The position numbers were made by a program, and so were the translations under genes. A model generated the notes under the pieces. It made no database searches, was not told the DNA's origin, and saw nothing but the letters and a program-made list of their open reading frames with translations. Positions 51,958-60,319 of a stretch of DNA of 64,000 nucleotides are shown here, piece by piece (position 1 is the stretch's first letter; each line of letters opens with the position of its first letter). The stretch lies in assembly GCA_029258795.1 (NCBI GenBank), contig JAPDKB010000004.1:32001-96000 (forward strand). Reading direction: 5' to 3'. Source of the stretch: an archaeon (lineage in GTDB: Archaea > EX4484-52 > WAPT01).

Positions 51958-52597
51958 AGGCTTTCACGCTTTCCATGACTTTTTCCTTCGCATTTCTTTT
52001 TATTATCCTGCCATGTCCCGGCAACAGTATTTCAAAATCAAGATTTAAAATTCTTGAGAGGGAGTTGAGCATGGCTTTATCATCCCCACCCATCAAATCA
52101 GTTCTTCCTATCGAATGGTGGAAGAGCGTATCCCCACTTATCAGAATTTTCTTGTTGGGCTCATAAAGACATATGCTGCCCGGCGTATGCCCGGGTGTGT
52201 GCAAAACCCTGAATTTGTGGTCGGATGTTTTGATCCAGTCCCCATCATGCAAAATGAAATCCACATCATCTCTCTTAAGCTCACCACCGAAAAAATGATA
52301 GTATGTAGCCTTTTTATTTTCTTTCAGAAGCTCGGCATCATTTTCGTGCATTCCCACAAGAGCTTTTTCAAAAATGAAGTTCCCACCTATATGATCGAAG
52401 TGAAGGTGAGTATTGATGACCCTTTCTATTACCTTAACCTCCACACCCGCTTTTTCCATCAGTTTGAGGAGTTGCGTTGGCAGCAGGCCTGTGGTGGTAT
52501 CCACGACCATCTCGTTATCCACCACATAAACGTTGCTTTCCAGCTTGCCCATGTACACAAGTATTACACCATCAGTAACTTCCTCGACCTTCATCAT
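51941..52597 (-). CDS. Metallo-beta-lactamase-fold hydrolase
   Basis: THLHFDHIGG, TPGHTPG, SGDTLF, PGHG. Confidence 0.92.
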   Translation of the reverse strand: MMKVEEVTDGVILVYMGKLESNVYVVDNEMVVDTTTGLLPTQLLKLMEKAGVEVKVIERVINTHLHFDHIGGNFIFEKALVGMHENDAELLKENKKATYYHFFGGELKRDDVDFILHDGDWIKTSDHKFRVLHTPGHTPGSICLYEPNKKILISGDTLFHHSIGRTDLMGGDDKAMLNSLSRILNLDFEILLPGHGRIIKRNAKEKVMESVKAYEAQR

Positions 52598-53961
52598 TTA
52601 GATCTCCTCGAATAATCCACCAGCACCTTCAAAGCTTTCACAGCCCTCTCCGGAGTTGGATAGGCAGGAATGCCCTGCTTTTCAAAGCTTTTGAGAAGCA
52701 GCTTTGTGTACTCTCCACCAGATGAGCACACTATCATTGGTTTTTCTGTCTTCGCGTTTGCCTCAGCCAAAACATCCATGATTTCCGAACTTAATGGTGC
52801 TAATTGGAAAAGAGTAATTACGATAATCGCACCAACATTTTTATCATTCGAAACAATTTCCAGTGCTTGCGCATATCTCTCAGCTGTTGCATCGCCTATA
52901 AGGTCGAGAGGGTTGTGTACTGAAGCATAGCTGGGCAGGATCTCGCTTAGCTGTTTGGCTGTTTTTTCCTCAAACTCCGCAATCTTCAAGCCATTCTTCA
53001 CGCACAGGTCTGCTGTTATCACACCCATGCCTCCGCCGTTTGTTATTATGGCAACACTATCATTTTCAGCCCTCTTCTCAGTAGCCAGAATTCTGGCATA
53101 ATCAAACATCTGTTCTATGTTCTCAGCTTCTATGGCATTGCACTGCCTCAGCACACCTCTGAAAACCTCGTAACTACCAGCCATGCTGCCCGTGTGGGAT
53201 GCGGCAGCTTTTTTCCCAGCTTCACACTTACCCGCTTTGAATATCACCACCGGCTTTTTCTTTGTGGCTTTCTTTAGAGCATTCATGAATTTCCTTCCGT
53301 CTTCCACACCCTCTATATAACCGACTATAACCTTCGTTTCTTTGTCCTTAGCAAGATATTCCAATATTTCGCTTTCCCTCACATCCACACCATTACCATA
53401 ACTCACGAACTTGCTCACACCCACACCTTCTTCAGCCATCCAGTCGAGAATCACTAACCCGAAAGCCCCGCTCTGGGAGAAGAAGCTTATCTTGCCATCG
53501 TTGGGCTTTTTCATCTTGTAAGGTGGGATGAAAAGCGTATCCACCCCGCTTGATGGGCAGTAAACTCCGATGCAGTTAGGGCCAACAACACGTGTTGTTT
53601 TCCCTTCCTCAATTATTCTTTTCAGCTCTTCCTCCCTTCTGATGCCCTCTCCTCCTATCTCCCTGAAACCTGAAGTTATGATGATAATGCCTTTAACCTT
53701 TTTCTTGACACAATCCTCCACAACCTTATTCACGAATTCCGGCTTAACACAGATTATGGCGAGATCAACATCTTCCTTTATCTGTATGATGCGTTGATAG
53801 CATTTATGGCCCAGAATTTCATCGGCATTTGGGTTCACGGGATAGACCTTCCCCTTAAAACTGCTTATGAGATTCCTGAAAATAACATTTCCCACCTTTT
53901 CAGGATTTTTGGAAGCTCCAACAACCGCTATGCTTTTTGGTTTGAAGAAAGCTGAAAGCAT
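52594..53961 (-). CDS. acdA: ADP-forming acetate/acyl-CoA ligase alpha subunit
   Basis: IAVVGAS, GPNCIG, SQSGA, SHTGS phospho-His, NPLDLIGDA. Confidence 0.92.
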   Translation of the reverse strand: MLSAFFKPKSIAVVGASKNPEKVGNVIFRNLISSFKGKVYPVNPNADEILGHKCYQRIIQIKEDVDLAIICVKPEFVNKVVEDCVKKKVKGIIIITSGFREIGGEGIRREEELKRIIEEGKTTRVVGPNCIGVYCPSSGVDTLFIPPYKMKKPNDGKISFFSQSGAFGLVILDWMAEEGVGVSKFVSYGNGVDVRESEILEYLAKDKETKVIVGYIEGVEDGRKFMNALKKATKKKPVVIFKAGKCEAGKKAAASHTGSMAGSYEVFRGVLRQCNAIEAENIEQMFDYARILATEKRAENDSVAIITNGGGMGVITADLCVKNGLKIAEFEEKTAKQLSEILPSYASVHNPLDLIGDATAERYAQALEIVSNDKNVGAIIVITLFQLAPLSSEIMDVLAEANAKTEKPMIVCSSGGEYTKLLLKSFEKQGIPAYPTPERAVKALKVLVDYSRRSK

Positions 53962-54004
53962 GAAAAGAATTCTCGCATCACATCTTTATATGGTTTCTGT
54001 TAAA

Positions 54005-54020
54005 TGGGATAAATTTCCCA
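54005..54020 (-). repeat. Islet-end palindrome, copy B (minus strand TGGGAAATTTATCCCA)
   Basis: Exact reverse complement of 57958-57973; follows a T-tract after the stop of the 54043 gene. Confidence 0.85.
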
Positions 54021-54042
54021 AAAATGAGAAAAAATAGAAAAA

Positions 54043-54429
54043 TTAGGAAGAACGCAGGCTTGCTACGTAGAGAAATAGTGTCACCATCCCAGCAGCAATG
54101 GATCCTAAGGAAATGGGATCAAACTTTGGTTCAGGTAGTGCTCTGCTCAGCAGCATCAGCGCGATCATAAGGATCAGTGCTATCACAAACGCTGCATCTC
54201 TCGAAGCGTAGAGCACGAAACCACCTAGAATCGCGGCAATAACGATAGTGCTAACCAGCAAGTACAGCAAGAACTCTGCGGAAACTGTTGTTTCGCCACT
54301 TGCCAGTATTTGTCCCAGCCCGAGTATGGTGCTTACTACGAAGCTCACCGATATCGCGGCGAGCAATCATACAGCTCTTCTCTTCTCACCATCACTTTCC
54401 CACACATTCCCTCTACCTTCTCCATTCAT
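54043..54429 (-). pseudogene. Four-TM membrane protein gene with in-frame TGA at codon 21 (islet B cargo)
   Basis: GGAGGTGA RBS (54435-54442) and ATG 54429 are in frame with ORF 54043-54366; TGA at 54367-54369. Confidence 0.6.
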
Positions 54430-54462
54430 CTATTTCACCTCCTTTTCAGAAACCGAACCGCG

Positions 54463-54496
54463 GAGCCGGGAGGGACTTGCACCCTCGGACCGGCTC
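54463..54496 (-). ncRNA. tRNA-like minihelix (acceptor stem plus T-arm only)
   Basis: GAGCCGG-TCC-GAGGG-TGCAAGT-CCCTC-CCGGCTC: 7-bp stem, 5-bp stem, 7-nt T-loop-like loop. Confidence 0.55.
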
Positions 54497-54523
54497 ATAA
54501 AGCATAGAGAAAAAATTAGTGAT

Positions 54524-54901
54524 TTAGTCCGATGCTTCTTCAATCTCTATTATGTTCTCGAACCATGAGAATATTGGAACTCTCCATCCGCACGTCTTGA
54601 TGTTGTAGTGTTTACCTACTTCTATCTCTGAGTATATGTCAGCGGAATTGAACTTTTTCACCCACCAGTTATCCACGTTTGTCAGCGTAATTCTTTCACC
54701 ATTTTTTGTTTCTATCACTATCATGAAGTTATCGTGGTCGTAGTATCTCTTCACGTATTTGTCGATCACAGTTACATCATGGTACTCATGTATGCTAATG
54801 CATTGTATTCCGTCCCATATGAGTTTCGGTCCCACGTACAATACGATACCTATCGCAGCTAGAACCAATACGAAAGCAACTACTTCCTTATAATCTTCCA
54901 A
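54524..54901 (-). CDS. Membrane-anchored DUF1523-like protein, a family I associate with viruses (islet B cargo)
   Basis: TM helix, then VTVIDKYVKR, KFNSADIYSEIEVGKHY..KTCGWRVPIFSWFENI; TTG start after GGAGGTGA. Confidence 0.65.
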   Translation of the reverse strand: MEDYKEVVAFVLVLAAIGIVLYVGPKLIWDGIQCISIHEYHDVTVIDKYVKRYYDHDNFMIVIETKNGERITLTNVDNWWVKKFNSADIYSEIEVGKHYNIKTCGWRVPIFSWFENIIEIEEASD

Positions 54902-55072
54902 CCTATCACCTCCATTAAGAACTAAACAATCAATCCCATTCATCTCAACGTCTCGATTCATAGAAGCGAGCTTTTTTCAATAGTTATCACTATTTTGAGG
55001 TAAAAATTTTTAAATATATCTCGAAAGATTTCTGTCCCAACTTGTCCCAGCTTTTCAGAATGTTCTCTATTC

Positions 55073-55492
55073 TCAAAGAACGGCAACCCAGACCTCCCTT
55101 GTTCTCTTCCTCGTGTCAAAATTTATCACAACTATCTGCTGCCAAGTGCCGAGAAGAAGCTTGCCCTCCTTGAACGGTACAGTTATGCTTGACCCCACTA
55201 TGCTTGCCAGAATATGTGCTGCTCCATTATCATCTCCCCACGTTTTATGATGCTCATAATCAAACTCGTACGGCACATGCTTTTTCAGAACCGCGGGCAA
55301 ATCCTTCCTCAAGCCGGGCTCGAATTCTATGGTTGTTATGGCTGCGGTTGAGCCCTTGGCAAACACAACAGCCACACCCTCCTTCTTCCCGCTTTTCCTC
55401 ACTATTTCAGCAACACTCTTCGTTATGTCTTCCATACCTCCATATCCATCTACTTCCACCACAATTCTTTCGATCACTGTTCCACACCCCAT
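55073..55492 (-). CDS. yjbQ: YjbQ / UPF0047 family protein
   Basis: STAAITTIE, YEHH, NGAAHI, LGTWQQI. Confidence 0.9.
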   Translation of the reverse strand: MGCGTVIERIVVEVDGYGGMEDITKSVAEIVRKSGKKEGVAVVFAKGSTAAITTIEFEPGLRKDLPAVLKKHVPYEFDYEHHKTWGDDNGAAHILASIVGSSITVPFKEGKLLLGTWQQIVVINFDTRKRTREVWVAVL

Positions 55493-56415
55493 ATCGCTTC
55501 CTCCAATACGGGTATGATGCTAACAACTTTGAGCTTGGGTCTTTTTTTCTGAGCTATGGTATCGGTGACCACTATTTTATCTGCATGCTTCGCAACCTTC
55601 TTGTAACCGTCCCCCACAAACAGACCGTGTGTGGCTGCACACACGACAGCATCACATTTCAGCTCTTCCTTCAAAAGCTTGGCAGCTCCAGCCATCGTTC
55701 CGCCACCAGCTATCATGTCATCCAGCACAAGAATATTTTTACCCTTTAAACTACCCTTCTCATAAACAACCTTAACTTCGTAGTCGCGCTTCCCTGCCCT
55801 ACAGGAGCATTTAGTGACTTCAGCTCCACAATGTTTACACACCTTTGTTTTTTTGAAGCCCTTCAGGAATTTAACTCCGAGCATCTCAAGCCATTTGGAT
55901 CCGCCAAAATCGGGAGTAACTATTTCCAGCTTTCCGAACTCCTGTTCAACCGCACTTATGAGCTCGAAGACGGCGGTGGCATTTTTTATGGTGATACCTT
56001 TCTTGGTCATCTTTTTCGTGGTTCTCATGAAGTGTGCATCTACCGTTATTATTTCTCTCACATTGAGGATGGACAGGAGCTCAAGCACCGCCATGCTGGA
56101 GATGGTTTCACCATCCATAAACCTCTTATCCTGCCTTGAATAAGCGTAATAGGGAAGTATGCAGGTTATTTCCTTAACACCGTGGTCCTTCAGAACGTGA
56201 CAGGCGAAGAGCAGTTCCATAAGCTTCCGGTCCTGTTCTGGATAAGGCGTCTGTACAACATACATCTTGTTTCTGTTTAGGTGTTTCACGTCCACCCTGA
56301 CATACGTTTCGCCATCAGGAAACTGCTTCGTCATTACCTGTACAACATCTCCGGCTTTCCACCCTTCTTCCAGATGTTTTGCACCACTCAAAAACACGAA
56401 ACTCACAGCCACCAC
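55474..56415 (-). CDS. prs: Ribose-phosphate pyrophosphokinase with Cys-rich insertion
   Basis: FPDGETYVR, PYYAYSRQDK, DDMIAGGGTM, ATHGLF. Confidence 0.88.
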   Translation of the reverse strand: MVAVSFVFLSGAKHLEEGWKAGDVVQVMTKQFPDGETYVRVDVKHLNRNKMYVVQTPYPEQDRKLMELLFACHVLKDHGVKEITCILPYYAYSRQDKRFMDGETISSMAVLELLSILNVREIITVDAHFMRTTKKMTKKGITIKNATAVFELISAVEQEFGKLEIVTPDFGGSKWLEMLGVKFLKGFKKTKVCKHCGAEVTKCSCRAGKRDYEVKVVYEKGSLKGKNILVLDDMIAGGGTMAGAAKLLKEELKCDAVVCAATHGLFVGDGYKKVAKHADKIVVTDTIAQKKRPKLKVVSIIPVLEEAIWGVEQ

Positions 56416-57158
56416 CCCACGAGCTTACCTCTGTTCCAATCATCTATGACTCTTTTTGCCGCTCTGTTCATATCATAAACGTTTCCCCTACCAACAAAGT
56501 TGAATTTCTTGGCTATCATCTCGAGTGCCTTCTCCTCATCCTCCAGCTCAAATTCATACATTTCCTTAAAGTTATTTCCTTCAGCATTTTTTATTTTTTT
56601 GAGGAGAGTCAAGGCAGCGTTTTCCAGCTCTTCCCCGGGAAAAAGCACTGGCCTCCATTCCTTTTCAGCCATTTCAGGAGGGATCACACCGGGCGTGTCC
56701 GAGAGCATGATATTTTTCGTTATCCTTATCCATTGCTTCCCTCTCGTGTGTCCTGGTTTTGGAGCCACACTTGCCTTTTTTCTCCTTGCAAGCATGTTGA
56801 TCAGGCTGCTCTTCCCCACGTTGGGATAGCCAAAGACGCACAGCTTCTTTCTTTCCTCCGTGCCGAGATGTCTTTTCAGACTCCACTTCAAAATGTTGAA
56901 CCCGTAGTATTTGGTTGCGGAAACGTGCACGACATCAACAGCATTGCTATCTTCCTTTATGACATTCTTTGCTCTGTCCGCAAACTCTTTCGGCACGAGG
57001 TCAACCTTGTTTATAACTATCCAGTACGGCTTGTTCAACCTCTCCACAAACCTCTCGAGCTTTCTGCATCTGAGCTCAGAAGGACATCTGGCATCCACCA
57101 CTTCTATGGCAGCATCGCTATCCAAAATTTCTCTTTTAACCAGCTTTAAAAGCTCCAT
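56403..57158 (-). CDS. Circularly permuted ribosome-biogenesis GTPase (RbgA/YlqF-like)
   Basis: DARCP, NKVDL, GYPNVGKSS, PGHTRG.Q, DTPG in G4-G1-G3 order. Confidence 0.92.
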   Translation of the reverse strand: MELLKLVKREILDSDAAIEVVDARCPSELRCRKLERFVERLNKPYWIVINKVDLVPKEFADRAKNVIKEDSNAVDVVHVSATKYYGFNILKWSLKRHLGTEERKKLCVFGYPNVGKSSLINMLARRKKASVAPKPGHTRGKQWIRITKNIMLSDTPGVIPPEMAEKEWRPVLFPGEELENAALTLLKKIKNAEGNNFKEMYEFELEDEEKALEMIAKKFNFVGRGNVYDMNRAAKRVIDDWNRGKLVGWWL

Positions 57159-57432
57159 AACACAATACTCTGCACTTAAATTAAAAATAAATACTCGTAT
57201 CACACATAACTCTGTTTATAATTCACTACTTAAAAGTAACAAAAACTATTAAATTTAAGAGTAAAAAAGTGTGTAAAAAGACAAAAACAGCTTCCAGTTC
57301 CTTCAAAACATCGCGCCGGGATATCGTCGCTTCGGGACCGGTTCTCGGATCTTCTTAGATGAACTCATAGAGCCGGTGTGTCCCGGCTGTCCCGGAAACT
57401 AATTCTTAACAAAAATAAAAGGAGGGGAGAGA

Positions 57433-57540
57433 ATGAGGAAGGATGTCTTGTTGTTTGTTTCGTTATGTGAAATGTTAAGAGTATTGCTGGGAGATTTGGA
57501 AGTGGTGATAGAGCTTCCGATAGGGGGTGAAAGTGCGTGA
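57433..57540 (+). CDS. Putative 35-aa small protein (islet C)
   Basis: GGAGG RBS, then MRKDVLLFVSLCEMLRVLLGDLEVVIELPIGGESA*; overlaps the start of the next ORF. Confidence 0.4.
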   Translation: MRKDVLLFVSLCEMLRVLLGDLEVVIELPIGGESA

Positions 57541-57877
57541 CTACATACAAAAACCCAGAAAAATCCTTGAATCAAGGGAATTGAAAATTATGGAAGTTGA
57601 CGAGATCGTTGAGGACTTCAGAAAACTTGAGGAATTCGAACTCATGACCTTTGTCGTGAGAAGACCATTGAAATTAAGCCAAGTGATGTCATTCGTCACC
57701 CAACTAGAAAAAATCTACGAAGATCTAATAATGGGGAGATACGCAGTGTTCTCAATTTTATTGACATACCAAGAATATACTTACAAGATAACTGTCGATG
57801 TACCAGGTCAGGCAATAGAGACTCGTGAGGCAACACAACAAGAACTCGAGGAACTGGTGGACATACTAAATCTCTAA
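57533..57877 (+). CDS. Orphan hypothetical protein (islet C cargo)
   Basis: GGGGGTGA RBS-like motif, ORF of about 114 aa. Confidence 0.6.
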   Translation: MRDYIQKPRKILESRELKIMEVDEIVEDFRKLEEFELMTFVVRRPLKLSQVMSFVTQLEKIYEDLIMGRYAVFSILLTYQEYTYKITVDVPGQAIETREATQQELEELVDILNL

Positions 57878-57957
57878 AGAATTGAGTAGATACCAGAGCT
57901 CGAGAATAAAAAATATTTTTCTAGAATTTTCACCTATTTTTATTTTTCTTTTATTTC

Positions 57958-57973
57958 TGGGAAATTTATCCCA
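57958..57973 (+). repeat. Islet-end palindrome, copy C (TGGGAAATTTATCCCA)
   Basis: Identical to copy B; preceded by a CCTATTTTTATTTTT tract. Confidence 0.85.
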
Positions 57974-57990
57974 TACATTGTACACGATTT

Positions 57991-58029
57991 TTAATTCCCT
58001 CTCATCCCCGAACCAACAGGAGTTCTCAC
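57991..58029 (+). repeat. 39-bp direct repeat, copy 1
   Basis: TTAATTCCCTCTCATCCCCGAACCAACAGGAGTTCTCAC, identical at 59389-59427. Confidence 0.95.
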
Positions 58030-58102
58030 ACTTTCATAACTGAGGCTCATCAACCCAAGACCTTTCAACATTTTTATACTCGTACATACAACATAAAGGT
58101 GT

Positions 58103-59293
58103 ATGAAGAAAAAAGGACTATCTATCCAGACCATAGGTATAGTTCTTTTATTGGCAGTGGTTTCAGCTCTCATTTTCAGAGCGTACGGGTTCGTCATCAA
58201 TCCGGAAGGCAAAAAGTATACCGATCTCATAGACCTGCCTTATAAAGGCATCGAGTCAATTGTGGATAATTCTAGTGAACCGGCATATACTCCCACACCA
58301 TCTCCATCTACTGATGATCAGACAGATTCACAAGATTCAGACTCGAACTCTGGTGGGTCGGATGGAAGCGATCAAAATTCTAATGATGAAAGTGGTCAAG
58401 GCGATTCGAAAATATCCGTTCGTATCAAAGCAATTCTAGATACTTCGGTTGACGAAAATGAATATAGAAGATTTATAGAGAAGATTGAAAATTATTTGAA
58501 CACTCAAGGTATAAAAATAGATTTGGAAGTTGTAGATATAACCACATACATGGATAAAGACCCTGATGATCAAGATTGTTGTAGATCTCACAACTTGGGA
58601 AGCGATGACTCTGCAGATCTTCTAATGTGTGTTGGTCCGGGTGAAGGTTGGTTCTGGGCCAAACCGGTCGTTGGAGCAAACACGAACCCTCCATTTGGAT
58701 TTTCGGATGTTGGTGTTAGGGCGGAAGCACATGAAATTCTTCATTTCTTGGGATGTTCGGACGAAGTTTACCCTCCAGAAATGCCAAAAATGGGGTCGGA
58801 CGTTAATAAAGAGAATATAGACGCTTCCGTTATGCACGAATATGGGAGAGATGATGCGAAAGTAAGCTATGTGTGTAGAGAAATAGCAAACTATAACCTT
58901 AAGAATCTCAGAGCTTCGGTTGAAATGAAGTATCCACGCTGTTTTGATAGTCATTTCTCTACCATAATGCCGGACGAAATACTCCTAAAGTTTTCTGACG
59001 CTAAAACTAGAAATATTTACGAATTTTTCTTTAATTTTGAAGGAGGATTTGATTATCAATATGTAAAAGAGTGTGATGAAAAGGAATGTGATGTTCAAGT
59101 CTTCAACAAAAGAGACGGAAAATGGGTCTGGGGGTACAAAATCGAGGAACAATCCGGCAATGTTTACTGGATTCCGTACTATTTGCTTGAGGAGTGCTGG
59201 GTTGAAAGTGGATTCAAAAACTTAGAAGAATGCACATTTTTATGTGAGGAAGCTGGAAAATGGTGTAAATTAGAGTCGTGGAAAGTTTCATAA
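58103..59293 (+). CDS. Secreted zinc metalloprotease (metzincin-like) with class III (pilin-type) signal
   Basis: MKKKG|LSIQTIGIVLLLAVVS, Ser/Asp-rich linker, AHEILHFLGCSD (HExxHxxGxxD), SVMH Met-turn. Confidence 0.75.
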   Translation: MKKKGLSIQTIGIVLLLAVVSALIFRAYGFVINPEGKKYTDLIDLPYKGIESIVDNSSEPAYTPTPSPSTDDQTDSQDSDSNSGGSDGSDQNSNDESGQGDSKISVRIKAILDTSVDENEYRRFIEKIENYLNTQGIKIDLEVVDITTYMDKDPDDQDCCRSHNLGSDDSADLLMCVGPGEGWFWAKPVVGANTNPPFGFSDVGVRAEAHEILHFLGCSDEVYPPEMPKMGSDVNKENIDASVMHEYGRDDAKVSYVCREIANYNLKNLRASVEMKYPRCFDSHFSTIMPDEILLKFSDAKTRNIYEFFFNFEGGFDYQYVKECDEKECDVQVFNKRDGKWVWGYKIEEQSGNVYWIPYYLLEECWVESGFKNLEECTFLCEEAGKWCKLESWKVS

Positions 59294-59388
59294 AAATTCT
59301 TTCGATCGGAGTATGGAGAAGGGCGGATTTACATGCTATCCCCAAATCGTAAATTCTGAAGAAAAGGCCCAATCAACCCAACGAAATG

Positions 59389-59427
59389 TTAATTCCCTCT
59401 CATCCCCGAACCAACAGGAGTTCTCAC
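59389..59427 (+). repeat. 39-bp direct repeat, copy 2 (equals the 3' end of the nucleotidyltransferase gene)
   Basis: Identical to 57991-58029; encodes VRTPVGSGMRGN* on the minus strand. Confidence 0.95.
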
Positions 59428-60169
59428 GCGCCACCCATCTATCTCAAAACCACCCATTCGCTTCATCACATGCTTGGCAAGAGAACGGGCACGATCCACC
59501 ATGTTTTTAGGATGGGTGACGCGAGGCCCGCATAAACAATTCCAAAAACTCCTGATCCGGAAACTCCGGAAACAGGTATTTTTCTTTTGTCTCCTGATAA
59601 GTGAGCATCTCCACCACTTTACAATCCTTTGGGAGGGGATATTCCAAAAACTTACAGTAAATCTCAAGCCATCTTCCAATGGCTCTAAAGTAAGCAAAGC
59701 TGAGGGATGGAGATTCCTTTTCAAAAGCATCCTCTATCCCATCCAGATCATCCCATATGTTGTACTTCCAGAGCTCTATCCTCGCTTTTGAGGGACATGG
59801 AAACCTTTTCCTGACCCATTTTTTCGCCTCCCTTTTAAGAGCAGCAACCACACCTTCAGGGTCCCATAATATCTCCCTTGTGACAAACTGGGTGGCTGTG
59901 GTGATGCATCCGGCAGCATAATCCTCCTGAAAGTATTCCTTAATCTGACGCGGCGGATTTGCAAAATATTCTATTAGGTGGTTGTCAACAACCTTGTTGC
60001 CGCGCTCCCTCCATTTCACACCATCATCAAGAATGATGTGTACATCAATGTCTGAACGGGAAGAAGCACAACCCGTAACAAAGCTCCCACAGACCATGAA
60101 TCCGCGCACATACTTTTTCCTTTTCCATGGCTCCAGAAACTTCCACAGGGCTTTTCTCCACGAATCCAA
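59389..60169 (-). pseudogene. Pol-beta-type nucleotidyltransferase-domain protein, frameshifted near 59520
   Basis: CGSFVTG..SSRSDIDV NTase motif; frame stops at 59507 while the likely C-terminus (KHVMKRMGGFEIDGWRVRTP) continues in another frame to 59389. Confidence 0.7.
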
Positions 60170-60215
60170 AAGAAATTAAGATATCAAGCGTAATAAATTT
60201 TGTGCATAGAAGGAC

Positions 60216-60277
60216 GCGGCTCATAAGCTACTCCTGAAATCATACACCTCATTCTGGGACGGCTTAATCATCGCCGC
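60216..60277 (-). ncRNA. Box C/D methylation-guide sRNA with variant boxes
   Basis: GCGGC/GCCGC terminal stem; C AUGAUUA, 12-nt guide, D' AUGA, C' AUGAUUU, 12-nt guide, D AUGA. Confidence 0.8.
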
Positions 60278-60319
60278 AGTTAGAATTTTGTGCCCAATCT
60301 TAAAAAACTTCATCCTTCA

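Noticed and set aside
54367-54369. Selenocysteine or genetic-code reassignment at TGA
   Set aside because: TGA is used as a normal stop by many genes here, and no redox motif or SECIS was recognised
57991-58029. 39-bp repeat as a 5S rRNA fragment or integron attC
   Set aside because: The CTCATCCCCGAACC resemblance to 5S is short, there are no RYYYAAC/GTTRRRY ends, and the sequence is explained as the NTase 3' end
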